From: Saccharofermentanales bacterium
GTDB lineage: Bacteria > Bacillota > Clostridia > Saccharofermentanales > DTU023
Reading direction: 5' to 3'
Assembly (NCBI GenBank): GCA_050945515.1
Contig: JBMNTB010000003.1
Span: 44,954 to 108,953, forward strand
DNA length: 64,000 nucleotides
Every line of letters starts with the position of its first letter. Positions within the stretch are counted from its first letter, which is position 1. Below are positions 36,327 through 45,999 of this stretch, piece after piece. The translations under genes and the position numbers were made by a program. The notes beneath the pieces are model-generated. The model did not search any database. It was not told the origin of the DNA and was given only the letters and a program-made list of their open reading frames with translations.

Positions 36327-38867
36327 ATGGCAAAAGCGGATATAAACATAGCAGCAGATAAGATTAAAGCCGGCCGCCCGGCCCCGGTACTATTCATTAC
36401 TTTGCTGTCAGCTATTTATTCTATTACAGTAGGAAGCTACGGTCTGCTACTGTTAGTGGCGATTTTGGCCATATTCTGCACCTATGGTAGAAGGATAGGT
36501 CTTGATTGGCATTTTCTCAGCTTAGCTGTGTCCGGCATGCTTCTTATCTGTGCGCCGGTGATGCGGGAATTTTTAGTTGAGAGCCAAAAGTTTGAAGTTT
36601 TGAGCCGGTACAACGGCAGTTGGCAAGGGACGATCATCCGGCCGGCTCTGATGGGTACAACCGGTTGGGGCGAGGCAGTTCTCAGATTAGATAGTGGCCC
36701 CTTGGTATCCGTGCTGGGCCAGGCAAAATATCTCCAGGCCGGCTATCGCCTAGAAACAGAAGCCAGACTGGAAATCCCCTCGGGACAGAGAAATCCCGGT
36801 GGTTTCGATCGCCGCTCCTGGCTCAGAAATCGCGCCATCTTCCTGGAAACCAAATTAATAATCCCACCAAAGATCATTGGCAAAAAAACAACCCTAGGCG
36901 CTGTCTGGCGCAATTTGCTGGCCGTCTTGCAAAACCGGGCAGCCAGGTTTTTTCGTCAATACTTAAGCTCAGATACTGTTGGCATCATTACAGCCATTTG
37001 TCTGGGACAGAAACAGGGTCTGCCCGTTCAGGAGAATCATGCTTTCATGGAGAGTGGCCTAATCCATTTGGTTTCGGTATCGGGGGCGCATCTGGGCTTT
37101 CTGTTGCTGCCTTTGCGGCAGATTCAATTTGGTTCTAAACGATCCCGAGACATCCGGACTTTACTGCTGCTGATATATTTTGGTTCGGTTACCGGTTGGC
37201 GTACTGGTGTCAGCAGGGCATCCCTAATGTTGCTGCTGCGTAGGTACGCCGGATTTAAAGCGCGCTATCTCGATGAACTGTCTTTACTCAGTTTTACCGG
37301 ACTGGTTTTGCTGGCTCTTGATCCTTTTCGTGCTATGCAAAGAGGTTTTTGGCTCAGTATGGCAGCCACAGCAGGAATCCGTCTTGGAGGCAAACTATTT
37401 CTGAACTGGCTGGGCCTGCCTGCCCGGTCTGAATATTTTATAATTCAGCCACAGATTATAAGCAAACGTAAAGAGCCTATATTTGCCTTTATCTTAGTTC
37501 GCATTGATCATTTATTGTACCTGCTGCTGAGACTGCTGACTATTACCTGTTGCGCCCAGTTTGCCTGTTTACTGCCTTTGCTGTTCTGGCAAAATGGCCT
37601 AAATCCCAAAGCAGTCCCAATCAATCTTTTGGCTGGTGTTCCGGCAGCTGTAATCACAGCCGGAGGTCTAGTAGGTTTATTTTTCCTTAGTCCATTGCTC
37701 ACAGTATTGCCATGCTTGGGCGAACTACTGATTAAACTCTGGTCCCGACTGCTGAAGTTTCCTGTCCTATTATTGAAATATTTGAGTGAGCAGGGTTCCG
37801 GTGCTAAAGGGGGTTTTATTGGCAAAGGCGAGCTGGGCAGGAGCGGACAGTTAATGATTATGCTGTTGCTTATCTTGTTGATGGTTATGTTACAACGCCG
37901 AAAGACTGCTGCTACCCGTAGGATAGAAACAATAGCTGCAGCTGTTCTTCTGCTGGCACTTGTCATACGATGTTTACCGCCAACACTACATGAGGAAATC
38001 TGGTTTCTTGATGTTGGACAAGGTGATTGCTGTCTGATTCGTACAGCGGATTCGGTAATCTTGATTGATGGCGGCGAAAGAGATCAGGGTTATCAAGTTG
38101 TCCTCCCTTTTATGAGAAACCTGGGCATAACAAGGATATCTGCTGCTATTGTTACCCACGGACATAGTGACCATTGTGGCGGCATTTTAGATCTGCTGGA
38201 ACAGAATATGGTTGAGCAGGTGATCGTGCCGGGCAGCTGGCGTACAAAAGTACCTGCTGTGGACAATCAAGATCCTGAGCCGAAGTGGAGGCAAGAACAG
38301 GATTTAGCTTCGGAGCTGATATCTCTATGTAATCAGCAAAAGGTCAATATATTATTCCGTGAGACCGGAGATTATGATTATATTGGGGATGATGATACGG
38401 GCATTACAATGCATTATTTAGCTCCCCCGACAGAAACAAATATTAAGGCGGTCAACCGTTATTCACGGTCGGATCCCAATCGGGACTGCCTGGTAATAAA
38501 ATGCGTCTGGCGTGACTTTTCGCTGCTCTTGACGGCGGATGTCATTGATGAAGTTGAACGCATTTTAGTTCGGGAGCACAAAGAGGATTTGAACAGTATG
38601 CTGTTGAAATTGGCTCATCACGGTTCAAAACATTCTAGCAGTAATGAGTTTTTGCAACTGGTGAAGCCGATTATAACTGTAGTTTCAGTGGGAATTAATC
38701 GCTTTGGACATCCGGCGCCGGAGGTGCTGGAGCGATTGGCAAAGAGTGGCAACCAGATGGTATTAAGAACGGATAAGGAGGGAGCAATCAGATTGCATGT
38801 AGATCAGAATAAGGTTAGGATTAGCACATGGTTGGGCAGGAAAAACGCATGTCTTATTCTAAATTAA
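36327..38867 (+). CDS. comEC: DNA internalization-related competence protein ComEC/Rec2
   Basis: 846 aa with a polytopic membrane core (LIHLVSVSGAHLGFL) and a C-terminal metallo-beta-lactamase domain (FLDVGQGDC, VTHGHSDHCGG). Confidence 0.9.
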   Translation: MAKADINIAADKIKAGRPAPVLFITLLSAIYSITVGSYGLLLLVAILAIFCTYGRRIGLDWHFLSLAVSGMLLICAPVMREFLVESQKFEVLSRYNGSWQGTIIRPALMGTTGWGEAVLRLDSGPLVSVLGQAKYLQAGYRLETEARLEIPSGQRNPGGFDRRSWLRNRAIFLETKLIIPPKIIGKKTTLGAVWRNLLAVLQNRAARFFRQYLSSDTVGIITAICLGQKQGLPVQENHAFMESGLIHLVSVSGAHLGFLLLPLRQIQFGSKRSRDIRTLLLLIYFGSVTGWRTGVSRASLMLLLRRYAGFKARYLDELSLLSFTGLVLLALDPFRAMQRGFWLSMAATAGIRLGGKLFLNWLGLPARSEYFIIQPQIISKRKEPIFAFILVRIDHLLYLLLRLLTITCCAQFACLLPLLFWQNGLNPKAVPINLLAGVPAAVITAGGLVGLFFLSPLLTVLPCLGELLIKLWSRLLKFPVLLLKYLSEQGSGAKGGFIGKGELGRSGQLMIMLLLILLMVMLQRRKTAATRRIETIAAAVLLLALVIRCLPPTLHEEIWFLDVGQGDCCLIRTADSVILIDGGERDQGYQVVLPFMRNLGITRISAAIVTHGHSDHCGGILDLLEQNMVEQVIVPGSWRTKVPAVDNQDPEPKWRQEQDLASELISLCNQQKVNILFRETGDYDYIGDDDTGITMHYLAPPTETNIKAVNRYSRSDPNRDCLVIKCVWRDFSLLLTADVIDEVERILVREHKEDLNSMLLKLAHHGSKHSSSNEFLQLVKPIITVVSVGINRFGHPAPEVLERLAKSGNQMVLRTDKEGAIRLHVDQNKVRISTWLGRKNACLILN

Positions 38868-39883
38868 GCAAAGAAATCGATGCCGGCATAATCCATCCAA
38901 TCTATTTGCTTTATGGCGAAGAGGATTGGTTGATTCAGCAACTGGTTCAGAGTTTGATCAAATCCGTGATTATTCCGGGTGCGGGTGATCTTGATTTGAT
39001 CCAGCTCGACTTTGCTCATGCCCCGCAGAATATTGATCCCTTGAGAATAGATCAGGAAATTCGTACGCCGCCTTTTCTCTCTGAAAAAAAGATGGTAATT
39101 CTAAAAGATACGGATCTATTTGTAGCGGCGTCAGGGGCAGGCAAAGCGGAAATCTCTGAAAAACGCAAACAAATCAAGGATTTATTGGAGAATTTCCCCT
39201 CAAATACTGTGTTGGTTTTTATAGAGACAAAAGCGAATCTGTCCCAGAAAAGTTTGTTGTCGGCACTGGAAAAAGCCGGTGGTGTCAGGGCTGAAATCAG
39301 CATTCAGGACAGTAGAACCTTGCAGGCATGGATCACAGCAGGCTGTCGCAGACAAGGGTTTTCCGTTGAACCGGGAGCAGCTGACAGTTTAATTGAACGC
39401 TGTGAAGGCCAGATGAGAGAGATACGGACAGAGTTGGAAAAGCTTTTCCTCTATATGGGTTGGAGCGGGGAACAGCATATTACTTTACAACTGGTAGATC
39501 TGGTCGCAAGACCGGATAACCGCAGCAGTATATTTGATTTGACGGATGCCATATCTGCAGGTCAAGCTGCCAAAACTTTGCAAGTATTGGATATATTGCT
39601 GACTAGAAAAGAACCGGCACCTTTGATTTTGTTTATGCTCTATCGCCATCTCCGACAATTGCTGGCAGCTGCTACAGAAAGGGACAGTCGTGTTCTAGCT
39701 GCAAAGCTAAAACTGAGACCTTTTATTGCTAAGAAACTGCGACTTCAGGCACAGAGATTTGAACTAAAGCAGCTGGTCTCAATTTATGAACTGATGTTTC
39801 AAACCGATTTGCGTATTAAGCAGGGACAGATTAATGATTTATTAGGTCTGGAACTGCTCCTGATCGAAGCAACCACAATTTGA
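38849..39883 (+). CDS. holA: DNA polymerase III subunit delta
   Basis: YLLYGEEDWL near the N-terminus. About 345 aa, immediately following comEC as is common in Firmicutes. Confidence 0.85.
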   Translation: MSYSKLSKEIDAGIIHPIYLLYGEEDWLIQQLVQSLIKSVIIPGAGDLDLIQLDFAHAPQNIDPLRIDQEIRTPPFLSEKKMVILKDTDLFVAASGAGKAEISEKRKQIKDLLENFPSNTVLVFIETKANLSQKSLLSALEKAGGVRAEISIQDSRTLQAWITAGCRRQGFSVEPGAADSLIERCEGQMREIRTELEKLFLYMGWSGEQHITLQLVDLVARPDNRSSIFDLTDAISAGQAAKTLQVLDILLTRKEPAPLILFMLYRHLRQLLAAATERDSRVLAAKLKLRPFIAKKLRLQAQRFELKQLVSIYELMFQTDLRIKQGQINDLLGLELLLIEATTI

Positions 39884-39934
39884 TTTCCGGATATACCATC
39901 TGACTGCATGCTCCTGATAAAAAAGGGAGGATTT

Positions 39935-40627
39935 ATGATGTCAAAAAAACTTAAGATGAAAGAACTGCAGGAACTGGAAAGGCCCTATGAGAAATTGGAA
40001 CAATATGGCCCCAGGGAGCTATCGGATGCAGAGTTGGTAGCAATTCAGATTCAAAGCGGTATGGCCGGCCGGACAGCACTGGAAATTGCCCATCAGCTCT
40101 TAAAAAACTTGTCCGGACTGACAGGTCTGTACGAAGCCAGTCTGGAAGAAATGTGTGCCATCAAAGGTATTGGACGTGTCAGAGCCATCAGATTGAAGGC
40201 AGCTTTTGAACTCGGCAACCGACATTTGAGTTCCAGACGTGAAGAAATCAGACCGGTTTTGCAAAGGCCGGCGGATATTATTCAGTTGATGGAACCGGAA
40301 CTAAGATACTTGTCACGTGAGGAATTTCATGTGATTTTGCTTGACGTACGCCATAGAATGATTCGCAAAATAAAAATATCACGTGGCGGACTTACTGCTG
40401 CAGTAGTTTTTCCCAGGGATATTTTTCGGGAAGCTGTCAAGGCCAATGCTGCTGCCATTGCGCTGGTGCATAACCATCCCAGCGGGGATGCCGAGCCCAG
40501 TGCTGCTGATCTGGAATCTACGCGGCGATTGATGGAAGTGGGGGAGATGATGGGCATTCCTGTACTCGATCATTTGATAATCGGTTCCAATGAATCTGTT
40601 AGTATGAAAGAGCGGGGGTTGATCTAG
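39935..40627 (+). CDS. radC: RadC-like JAB domain protein
   Basis: HhH region GIGRVRAIRL and JAMM motif ALVHNHPSGD. ATG 39935 lies after GGGAGG. Confidence 0.9.
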   Translation: MMSKKLKMKELQELERPYEKLEQYGPRELSDAELVAIQIQSGMAGRTALEIAHQLLKNLSGLTGLYEASLEEMCAIKGIGRVRAIRLKAAFELGNRHLSSRREEIRPVLQRPADIIQLMEPELRYLSREEFHVILLDVRHRMIRKIKISRGGLTAAVVFPRDIFREAVKANAAAIALVHNHPSGDAEPSAADLESTRRLMEVGEMMGIPVLDHLIIGSNESVSMKERGLI

Positions 40628-40726
40628 TTCTGTAATTTGCTGCTGCGGATAGATCACTGTTCATAACTGACTTTCTAATGTTACAATTTACTCTATCTAA
40701 TGTGATAGCAGTAATAGTAATTATAT

Positions 40727-41581
40727 ATGAATAGAAGTAAGGGACCTCGCATCATAGTTGTAGTTGTTTTGGCCATAGTTATTTTGGCCATATTAATGCT
40801 GTCAACAATTCCTGATTCCAGTCCTTTTTCTATTTTGACTGCTCCGATTGCCAAAATTGTTAACCCGATTTATCGCGGCCTTCGCTCTATTTCCGGTTCT
40901 GTTTCCGGCTGGTTTTCTTCTTTGCGTGACACCGAAAAGATACGTCAGGAGAATGAAAGGCTTAAGCTGGAAAATGCTCGGCTGGCACATGAACTGAGTC
41001 AGAATCAAGATGCTATACAACAGTATGAAAACCTCAAAGATGCCCTTCAGATCAAGACGCGCTTTGATCGCTATACAATCAAAGGCGGCTATATTTTAAC
41101 CGACGATTTTACCGGCTGGTTTGATCTCTATCGAATCAATCTGGGCCGGGAAGATGGCATCAATGTTTCTCCTGAGAATTCTTATGCAGTGGTAGATGCG
41201 GGATCGTTTCTTCTGGGCAGGCTCTATTCGTCCGACATCAACTCATCCAAAGTGATGCCGCTGATTCATGAGGGATTTGCCATTAATGCAGTTGCCGGCG
41301 AGGGGACAGCTGCCATTAATATGAGAGTGAGAGGGGATGTTCAGCTACGAGAGCAAGGACTTTGCCTGGCTGATAATATTTCCGGACAGTCAATTTTAAA
41401 AGTTGGCGATATCGTTAAAACCAGTGGTGTGGGTGGTCATTTTCCACCCGGCTTGGTTATTGGCATTGTTCAGGAATTAAGATTTTCCAAAACCGGTGCT
41501 ATCCAATCTGCAATTATTAAACCAAGTGCTCCCGAAGAAAATCGATCGGTTGTTTTTGTTTTGATTGGAGAAAATGAATGA
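40727..41581 (+). CDS. mreC: Rod shape-determining protein MreC
   Basis: N-terminal transmembrane helix, coiled coil (ENERLKLENARLAHEL), C-terminal beta-rich domain (GGHFPPGLVIG). Confidence 0.85.
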   Translation: MNRSKGPRIIVVVVLAIVILAILMLSTIPDSSPFSILTAPIAKIVNPIYRGLRSISGSVSGWFSSLRDTEKIRQENERLKLENARLAHELSQNQDAIQQYENLKDALQIKTRFDRYTIKGGYILTDDFTGWFDLYRINLGREDGINVSPENSYAVVDAGSFLLGRLYSSDINSSKVMPLIHEGFAINAVAGEGTAAINMRVRGDVQLREQGLCLADNISGQSILKVGDIVKTSGVGGHFPPGLVIGIVQELRFSKTGAIQSAIIKPSAPEENRSVVFVLIGENE

Positions 41582-42156
41582 AAAGTTTTATAGCTCGCAT
41601 CAGACCTGCCCTAGTCTATATGTTGGCAATTATTATTGGCACTTCACTTCAGTTTGACGGTCGTTTTCTGGGTTCTCTTGGTTTGCAAGCTGACTTTCTA
41701 TTAATATTTCCACTCCTGACAGGTATGAGATACGGCCCTCGCGATGGTTTAATAATTGGCCTGGTCAGTGGTTTTTTCCGGGATTATCTGGCTGGACGTT
41801 ATTTTGGCTTGGGTATGTTCTGCACATTTCTCCTCGGTTGGGGCAGTGGATATCTACCGGTAGTTAGAGGCAAACTTCGACTTGCTTTTTATGCCTTAAT
41901 GGTAGTTGTATCTACTGCCATCTTCCAATTCATAGGTGCATTTCTGGTTTTTATAGGTCAGAGCTTTCAGCCAAAAACGAGTTTATTGTGGATTTTGGGC
42001 AAAATGGGAGGCAATTTACCTTGGCTGATTGTGAAAAACCTTATCTTGACAGGTATATTAATCATTGCCCATTATACTTTGCCTCCCTATCCGAGGTCTG
42101 ATAGAGATTACGGGGATCCAATGATCCGTTTTGAACCGGGGGAGAGCAATGTTTAA
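41578..42156 (+). CDS. mreD: Rod shape-determining protein MreD
   Basis: Polytopic membrane protein that overlaps the mreC stop by 4 nt. The call is positional and hydropathy-based. Confidence 0.65.
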   Translation: MKSFIARIRPALVYMLAIIIGTSLQFDGRFLGSLGLQADFLLIFPLLTGMRYGPRDGLIIGLVSGFFRDYLAGRYFGLGMFCTFLLGWGSGYLPVVRGKLRLAFYALMVVVSTAIFQFIGAFLVFIGQSFQPKTSLLWILGKMGGNLPWLIVKNLILTGILIIAHYTLPPYPRSDRDYGDPMIRFEPGESNV

Positions 42157-44419
42157 GTATATTGTCCAGAGAATCCGGCAACGGAAGCAGAAAAAACACC
42201 ATAAAGAAGGGGCAAATCCGGCTTATAAAATTTTCTTCAACAGGACTGCCTTAGTATTGGCATTTTTTCTGATTGCACTGACAGCAATTCTGATCAGAAC
42301 CGGATTCGTGCTGCTGGGCGGGACACATGCTGCAACTGTTAATTTGACTTCCGGTAGCGAAACAGAGATAGTACTGACAGCACCACGGGGAGACATTGTC
42401 GCTGCGGATGGTACTGTAATTGCGACGAATAAAGAAAGCAATGTCTTATGGCTGGTTCAGTCCGACTTATCCGCACCGCAGTTAAATCAGGTATTGCTGG
42501 ATATCTCTAATCTATTGGCGGAACATGATATTAATTCGGAAAGCACACTGGATCAATATTTTGGACCGACGGAAACCGGTCCTGTATCTGAACAAGGAGA
42601 TATTAGTTTTGCCTTCAAACAAAGTCCCGAAAAAATTCTGCGCTGGCAACAGAATAAAGATCTTTTCAATATGATTTTGCCTGAAAAAGCTAAGACCAAG
42701 CGGGAACAACAGCGGATTGTCATTGAAGATCCGGGTCAATTTTTTGAATGGCTCCTCTATGATTATTTTAAAATCGAAGACCGTGAATCCGGTTCCAGTA
42801 GACTGTTTTCCGACCGGGAAGCCTATCAGATCATGCAGTTGCGATATCTTATCCTGGAAAATAATTGGCTATGGTCACAAAGAAAGCCAATTCGTTTAGC
42901 TTCTAATGTTAATGAAGATATATTGCGCACTATTGAAGGACAGAATCAACGCTATTTTGGCGTTCTCTCTACTAAAGAATGGCAAAGAGTATATACCTCT
43001 TATGCAAGCACTTTACCTCATGTTCTGGGTTATATCGGCCGCATTAGTGAAAGTCAGTATGATTCCTTACGGGGACAGGGCTACAAGGCATCTGATCTAA
43101 TCGGGCAAGCCGGAGTTGAAGCCAGCGCGGAACGCTATCTCAAAGGTAAAGACGGATTGCAGACCTTCAATAAATGGTCCGGTGAAAATGGTGAAGCATA
43201 TTACTATCCAGGCGCATACGGAGTCGAGCCACAAAGCGGTAATAAAGTGTTTTTGACTTTACATCCGGATTTACAAAGGGTCGCCAGGGAAGCTTTGCAA
43301 AAGAATATGGAGGATCTGCGCAATGGCGTATTGACCAAGAATAAATATGCTGCTCCCAGCGGTGCGGTTGTTGTTTTTAATGTCAAAACCGGTGCGATAT
43401 TAGCTATGGTCAGTTTGCCGGACTATAATCCTGATGATTTTATTATGCAGTTATATGACATTGGTGCAGCTGTCAGAGTTAGGGAGTATTTACAAGATAA
43501 TACCGGCAAACCATTGCTCAACAAAGCAATATCTGAAAACTATACACCAGGATCGGTGTTCAAAATTGTGACCAGTATAGCGGGCTTGGAAACCGGAACT
43601 ATTACCACTGCCAGCAACAATTTTACTTGCCTTGGCTACGAGGAAATTGCCAAGATCTGGTGGCGCTGCTTAACAAGACCGACTTATGGACATGGCAGCA
43701 TTCCTTTGACCGAAGCTATTCGGTATTCATGCAATCTGTATTTTTTCAAGCTGGGCATTGCCACAGGGATCGACAATATTAGCGCTTGGGCACAAAAATT
43801 GGGTTATGGTGAGCTCAGTGGCATTGATCTGCCCGGAGAAGTACCGGGCATCAGGCCTAGCCGTGAACTAAAGCGTCTATTAAGATCTGATACCGGCGAT
43901 AAGCAATGGTTCCCTGCAGATACAGCTCAAACTGCGATAGGACAGTTCGATAACAGCTATACCGTATTACAGATGGCACGAGGCATTGCAGGCATTGCCA
44001 GTGGAAAGCTGATGACACCTCATGTGATTGGGGATATTATGGCCCCTGATGGCAGTCTGCTTAGGGCAGAACAGATCCATGCTCAGGAGCTTGACATTGA
44101 CCCTAGCAATATTGAACTTATTACTAAGGGCATGCTGCTGGTTACACATGCCGGTTCAGGATATACCCATCAACTCTTCCACGATTTCCCAGTCAAAGTT
44201 GCGGCTAAAACGGGAACGGCTGAAGTTGGGGGAAAAAATAGAAATTTCAAAATCAATTCAGTATTTACCTGTTTTGCCCCCGCTGATGACCCTGAAATAG
44301 CAATTGCACATGTTATTAGGGATGCTTCATACGGAGATCTCTCAGCCGAAATTTCTTATCGAATACTATGCGAGTATTTCGGTGTTGAGCCTAAGAATAT
44401 TGTCTATAATCCGAAATAA
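42149..44419 (+). CDS. mrdA: Penicillin-binding protein 2 (elongation transpeptidase)
   Basis: SxxK (GSVFK), SxN (YSCN) and KTG (AKTGTAE) motifs plus an N-terminal transmembrane anchor. ATG 42149 lies after GGGGGAGAG. Confidence 0.9.
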   Translation: MFKYIVQRIRQRKQKKHHKEGANPAYKIFFNRTALVLAFFLIALTAILIRTGFVLLGGTHAATVNLTSGSETEIVLTAPRGDIVAADGTVIATNKESNVLWLVQSDLSAPQLNQVLLDISNLLAEHDINSESTLDQYFGPTETGPVSEQGDISFAFKQSPEKILRWQQNKDLFNMILPEKAKTKREQQRIVIEDPGQFFEWLLYDYFKIEDRESGSSRLFSDREAYQIMQLRYLILENNWLWSQRKPIRLASNVNEDILRTIEGQNQRYFGVLSTKEWQRVYTSYASTLPHVLGYIGRISESQYDSLRGQGYKASDLIGQAGVEASAERYLKGKDGLQTFNKWSGENGEAYYYPGAYGVEPQSGNKVFLTLHPDLQRVAREALQKNMEDLRNGVLTKNKYAAPSGAVVVFNVKTGAILAMVSLPDYNPDDFIMQLYDIGAAVRVREYLQDNTGKPLLNKAISENYTPGSVFKIVTSIAGLETGTITTASNNFTCLGYEEIAKIWWRCLTRPTYGHGSIPLTEAIRYSCNLYFFKLGIATGIDNISAWAQKLGYGELSGIDLPGEVPGIRPSRELKRLLRSDTGDKQWFPADTAQTAIGQFDNSYTVLQMARGIAGIASGKLMTPHVIGDIMAPDGSLLRAEQIHAQELDIDPSNIELITKGMLLVTHAGSGYTHQLFHDFPVKVAAKTGTAEVGGKNRNFKINSVFTCFAPADDPEIAIAHVIRDASYGDLSAEISYRILCEYFGVEPKNIVYNPK

Positions 44420-44555
44420 CAGTTGATTAGCTTCTATAGACTGAAAGCATGGCATCAAAGTATGGCATTTATGTTTGTTGTTTATTATATATTTGCTGTA
44501 ACATGGTAAAATGTCTATATTGTAAAGGATTTTGGGATTTGTAATGGAGGCGCTC

Positions 44556-44918
44556 ATGAATATTGTATTGCTCGCAGATTACAAAAAAACTGGATTACTG
44601 GTAAACCTTTGTCGTGCTTACCGCCAGATACTGAGCAAATACAATCTGATTTCTACTCTGAATACTGCAAGACTGATTAATAATGCTACCGGTCTCAAGA
44701 TATACACCATGGCGACTGAAATCAGGGGAGCCATTGATCAGCTCGCTGCTAAGGCCCTGTATAGTGAGATTGATGCGGTGATTATTTTGCGTGACCCTGA
44801 CTTGGTTGATTATCCTACGAATTCTTTATTGCGAGCTTGCGACCTTAGAAATATACCTTATGCTACCAATATTGCTTCAGCTGAATTGCTGATGATCATT
44901 CTAGGGCACGGTGGTTAA
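44556..44918 (+). CDS. Methylglyoxal synthase-like (MGS-like) domain protein, catalytic residues not conserved
   Basis: MGS-like fold signature (IVLLA..KK..L, IDAVIILRDP, NIPYATNIASAELL). It lacks the HDxxK, GTTG and PHDPD motifs. ATG 44556 lies after GGAGG. Confidence 0.6.
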   Translation: MNIVLLADYKKTGLLVNLCRAYRQILSKYNLISTLNTARLINNATGLKIYTMATEIRGAIDQLAAKALYSEIDAVIILRDPDLVDYPTNSLLRACDLRNIPYATNIASAELLMIILGHGG

Positions 44919-44920
44919 AA

Positions 44921-45598
44921 ATGGCATCATTCAATAAATTGAACTTAGATCCGCGGATCAAAAAGATTCCTGAAGGCTATGGCTACGGTAATGCGTGGCT
45001 CTTGGCTGCAGAAAATGGTTATGTACTGATTGATCCTGCAGTTCCTCCCGAAAAAGTAGAGCTGAAAGATCAAGTCATGGCACTGATTGCAACTCATGGT
45101 CACTATGATCATGTGGGCAAGGCGGATGCCTGGAGAAGCTTCAACCAAAAACTGGAATTAATGATTCACGAAGCTGAAGCTGACATGATCATGGACAAAA
45201 CATTGAATGCATCACTTTTTTTTGGCAGAGGGATTGATATCGCACAACCGGATATTCTATTGCGGGATGGTCAAGAGATTGAACTAGGGAATAATTTGTT
45301 TTTACGTGTTTTTCATACGCCGGGGCATACCAGAGGTTCTTGCTGCTTTCTGTATTTGAGCAAGCTGGATGCCGAGCGGGATAACTACATTGCCTTGATT
45401 ACAGGTGACACAGTATTCGCTACGGATATTGGCCGTATGGATCTTGCCGGAGGCAGTGAAGAACAGATGCGCCGGAGCTTGGCACGACTGCGGGAATTGA
45501 GAGAAGAGCTGCCCTCGGATTTGCCCGTCCTACCTGGCCATGGGTCAGCCACTACTTTGGAAAAATTGCAGAAGAATTATTGGTTCATGCATCATTAA
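44921..45598 (+). CDS. MBL-fold metallo-hydrolase (glyoxalase II-like)
   Basis: Motifs THGHYDH, HTPGHTRGS and LPGHG. Confidence 0.85.
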   Translation: MASFNKLNLDPRIKKIPEGYGYGNAWLLAAENGYVLIDPAVPPEKVELKDQVMALIATHGHYDHVGKADAWRSFNQKLELMIHEAEADMIMDKTLNASLFFGRGIDIAQPDILLRDGQEIELGNNLFLRVFHTPGHTRGSCCFLYLSKLDAERDNYIALITGDTVFATDIGRMDLAGGSEEQMRRSLARLRELREELPSDLPVLPGHGSATTLEKLQKNYWFMHH

Positions 45599-45628
45599 TT
45601 TTTTTCGGATTATTCTTGCAGCTTGATC

Positions 45629-45666
45629 AAGTCAGATGACAAATCTTGTCGCCTGACTTTTCTTTT
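45629..45666 (+). terminator. Hairpin terminator after the MBL hydrolase gene
   Basis: AAGTCAG at GACAA atc TTGTC gc CTGACTT, followed by TTCTTTT. Confidence 0.6.
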
Positions 45667-45708
45667 ACAGTCGATAACTGTTTTCTATGCTGAGGACAGG
45701 AGGATTGT

Positions 45709-45999
45709 ATGGCTTTTTCATTGGAGACATCTATTATCATATCATTAGCTTTATCTTTGTTTTTGCAGAGTAGTTCATTATGTGTTCCCGAAGCGGTCAA
45801 GGTGAGAAATTGCACTGCCGCTGCAGTGCTATCTGTTAAGCAGGAGGTGAATCCCGCTTTCTTATATAGACTGGAAACACAAATGGTCAAGCAGGGTACA
45901 ATTTCAGTGCTCAAATGCTCACCGCAAAAGATGGTTGAAAGCTTGAGTCTTTATCATGACCTCAAGTTTCTTATGACACAACAGATTGAACAGCCATGA
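45709..45999 (+). CDS. Small protein with TadE/pseudopilin-like hydrophobic N-terminus
   Basis: 96 aa. GGACAGGAGG lies upstream. The N-terminus MAFSLETSIIISLALSLFL has Glu at position 6, similar to the xxxLE-plus-hydrophobic-helix signature of Tad pseudopilins. Confidence 0.5.
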   Translation: MAFSLETSIIISLALSLFLQSSSLCVPEAVKVRNCTAAAVLSVKQEVNPAFLYRLETQMVKQGTISVLKCSPQKMVESLSLYHDLKFLMTQQIEQP

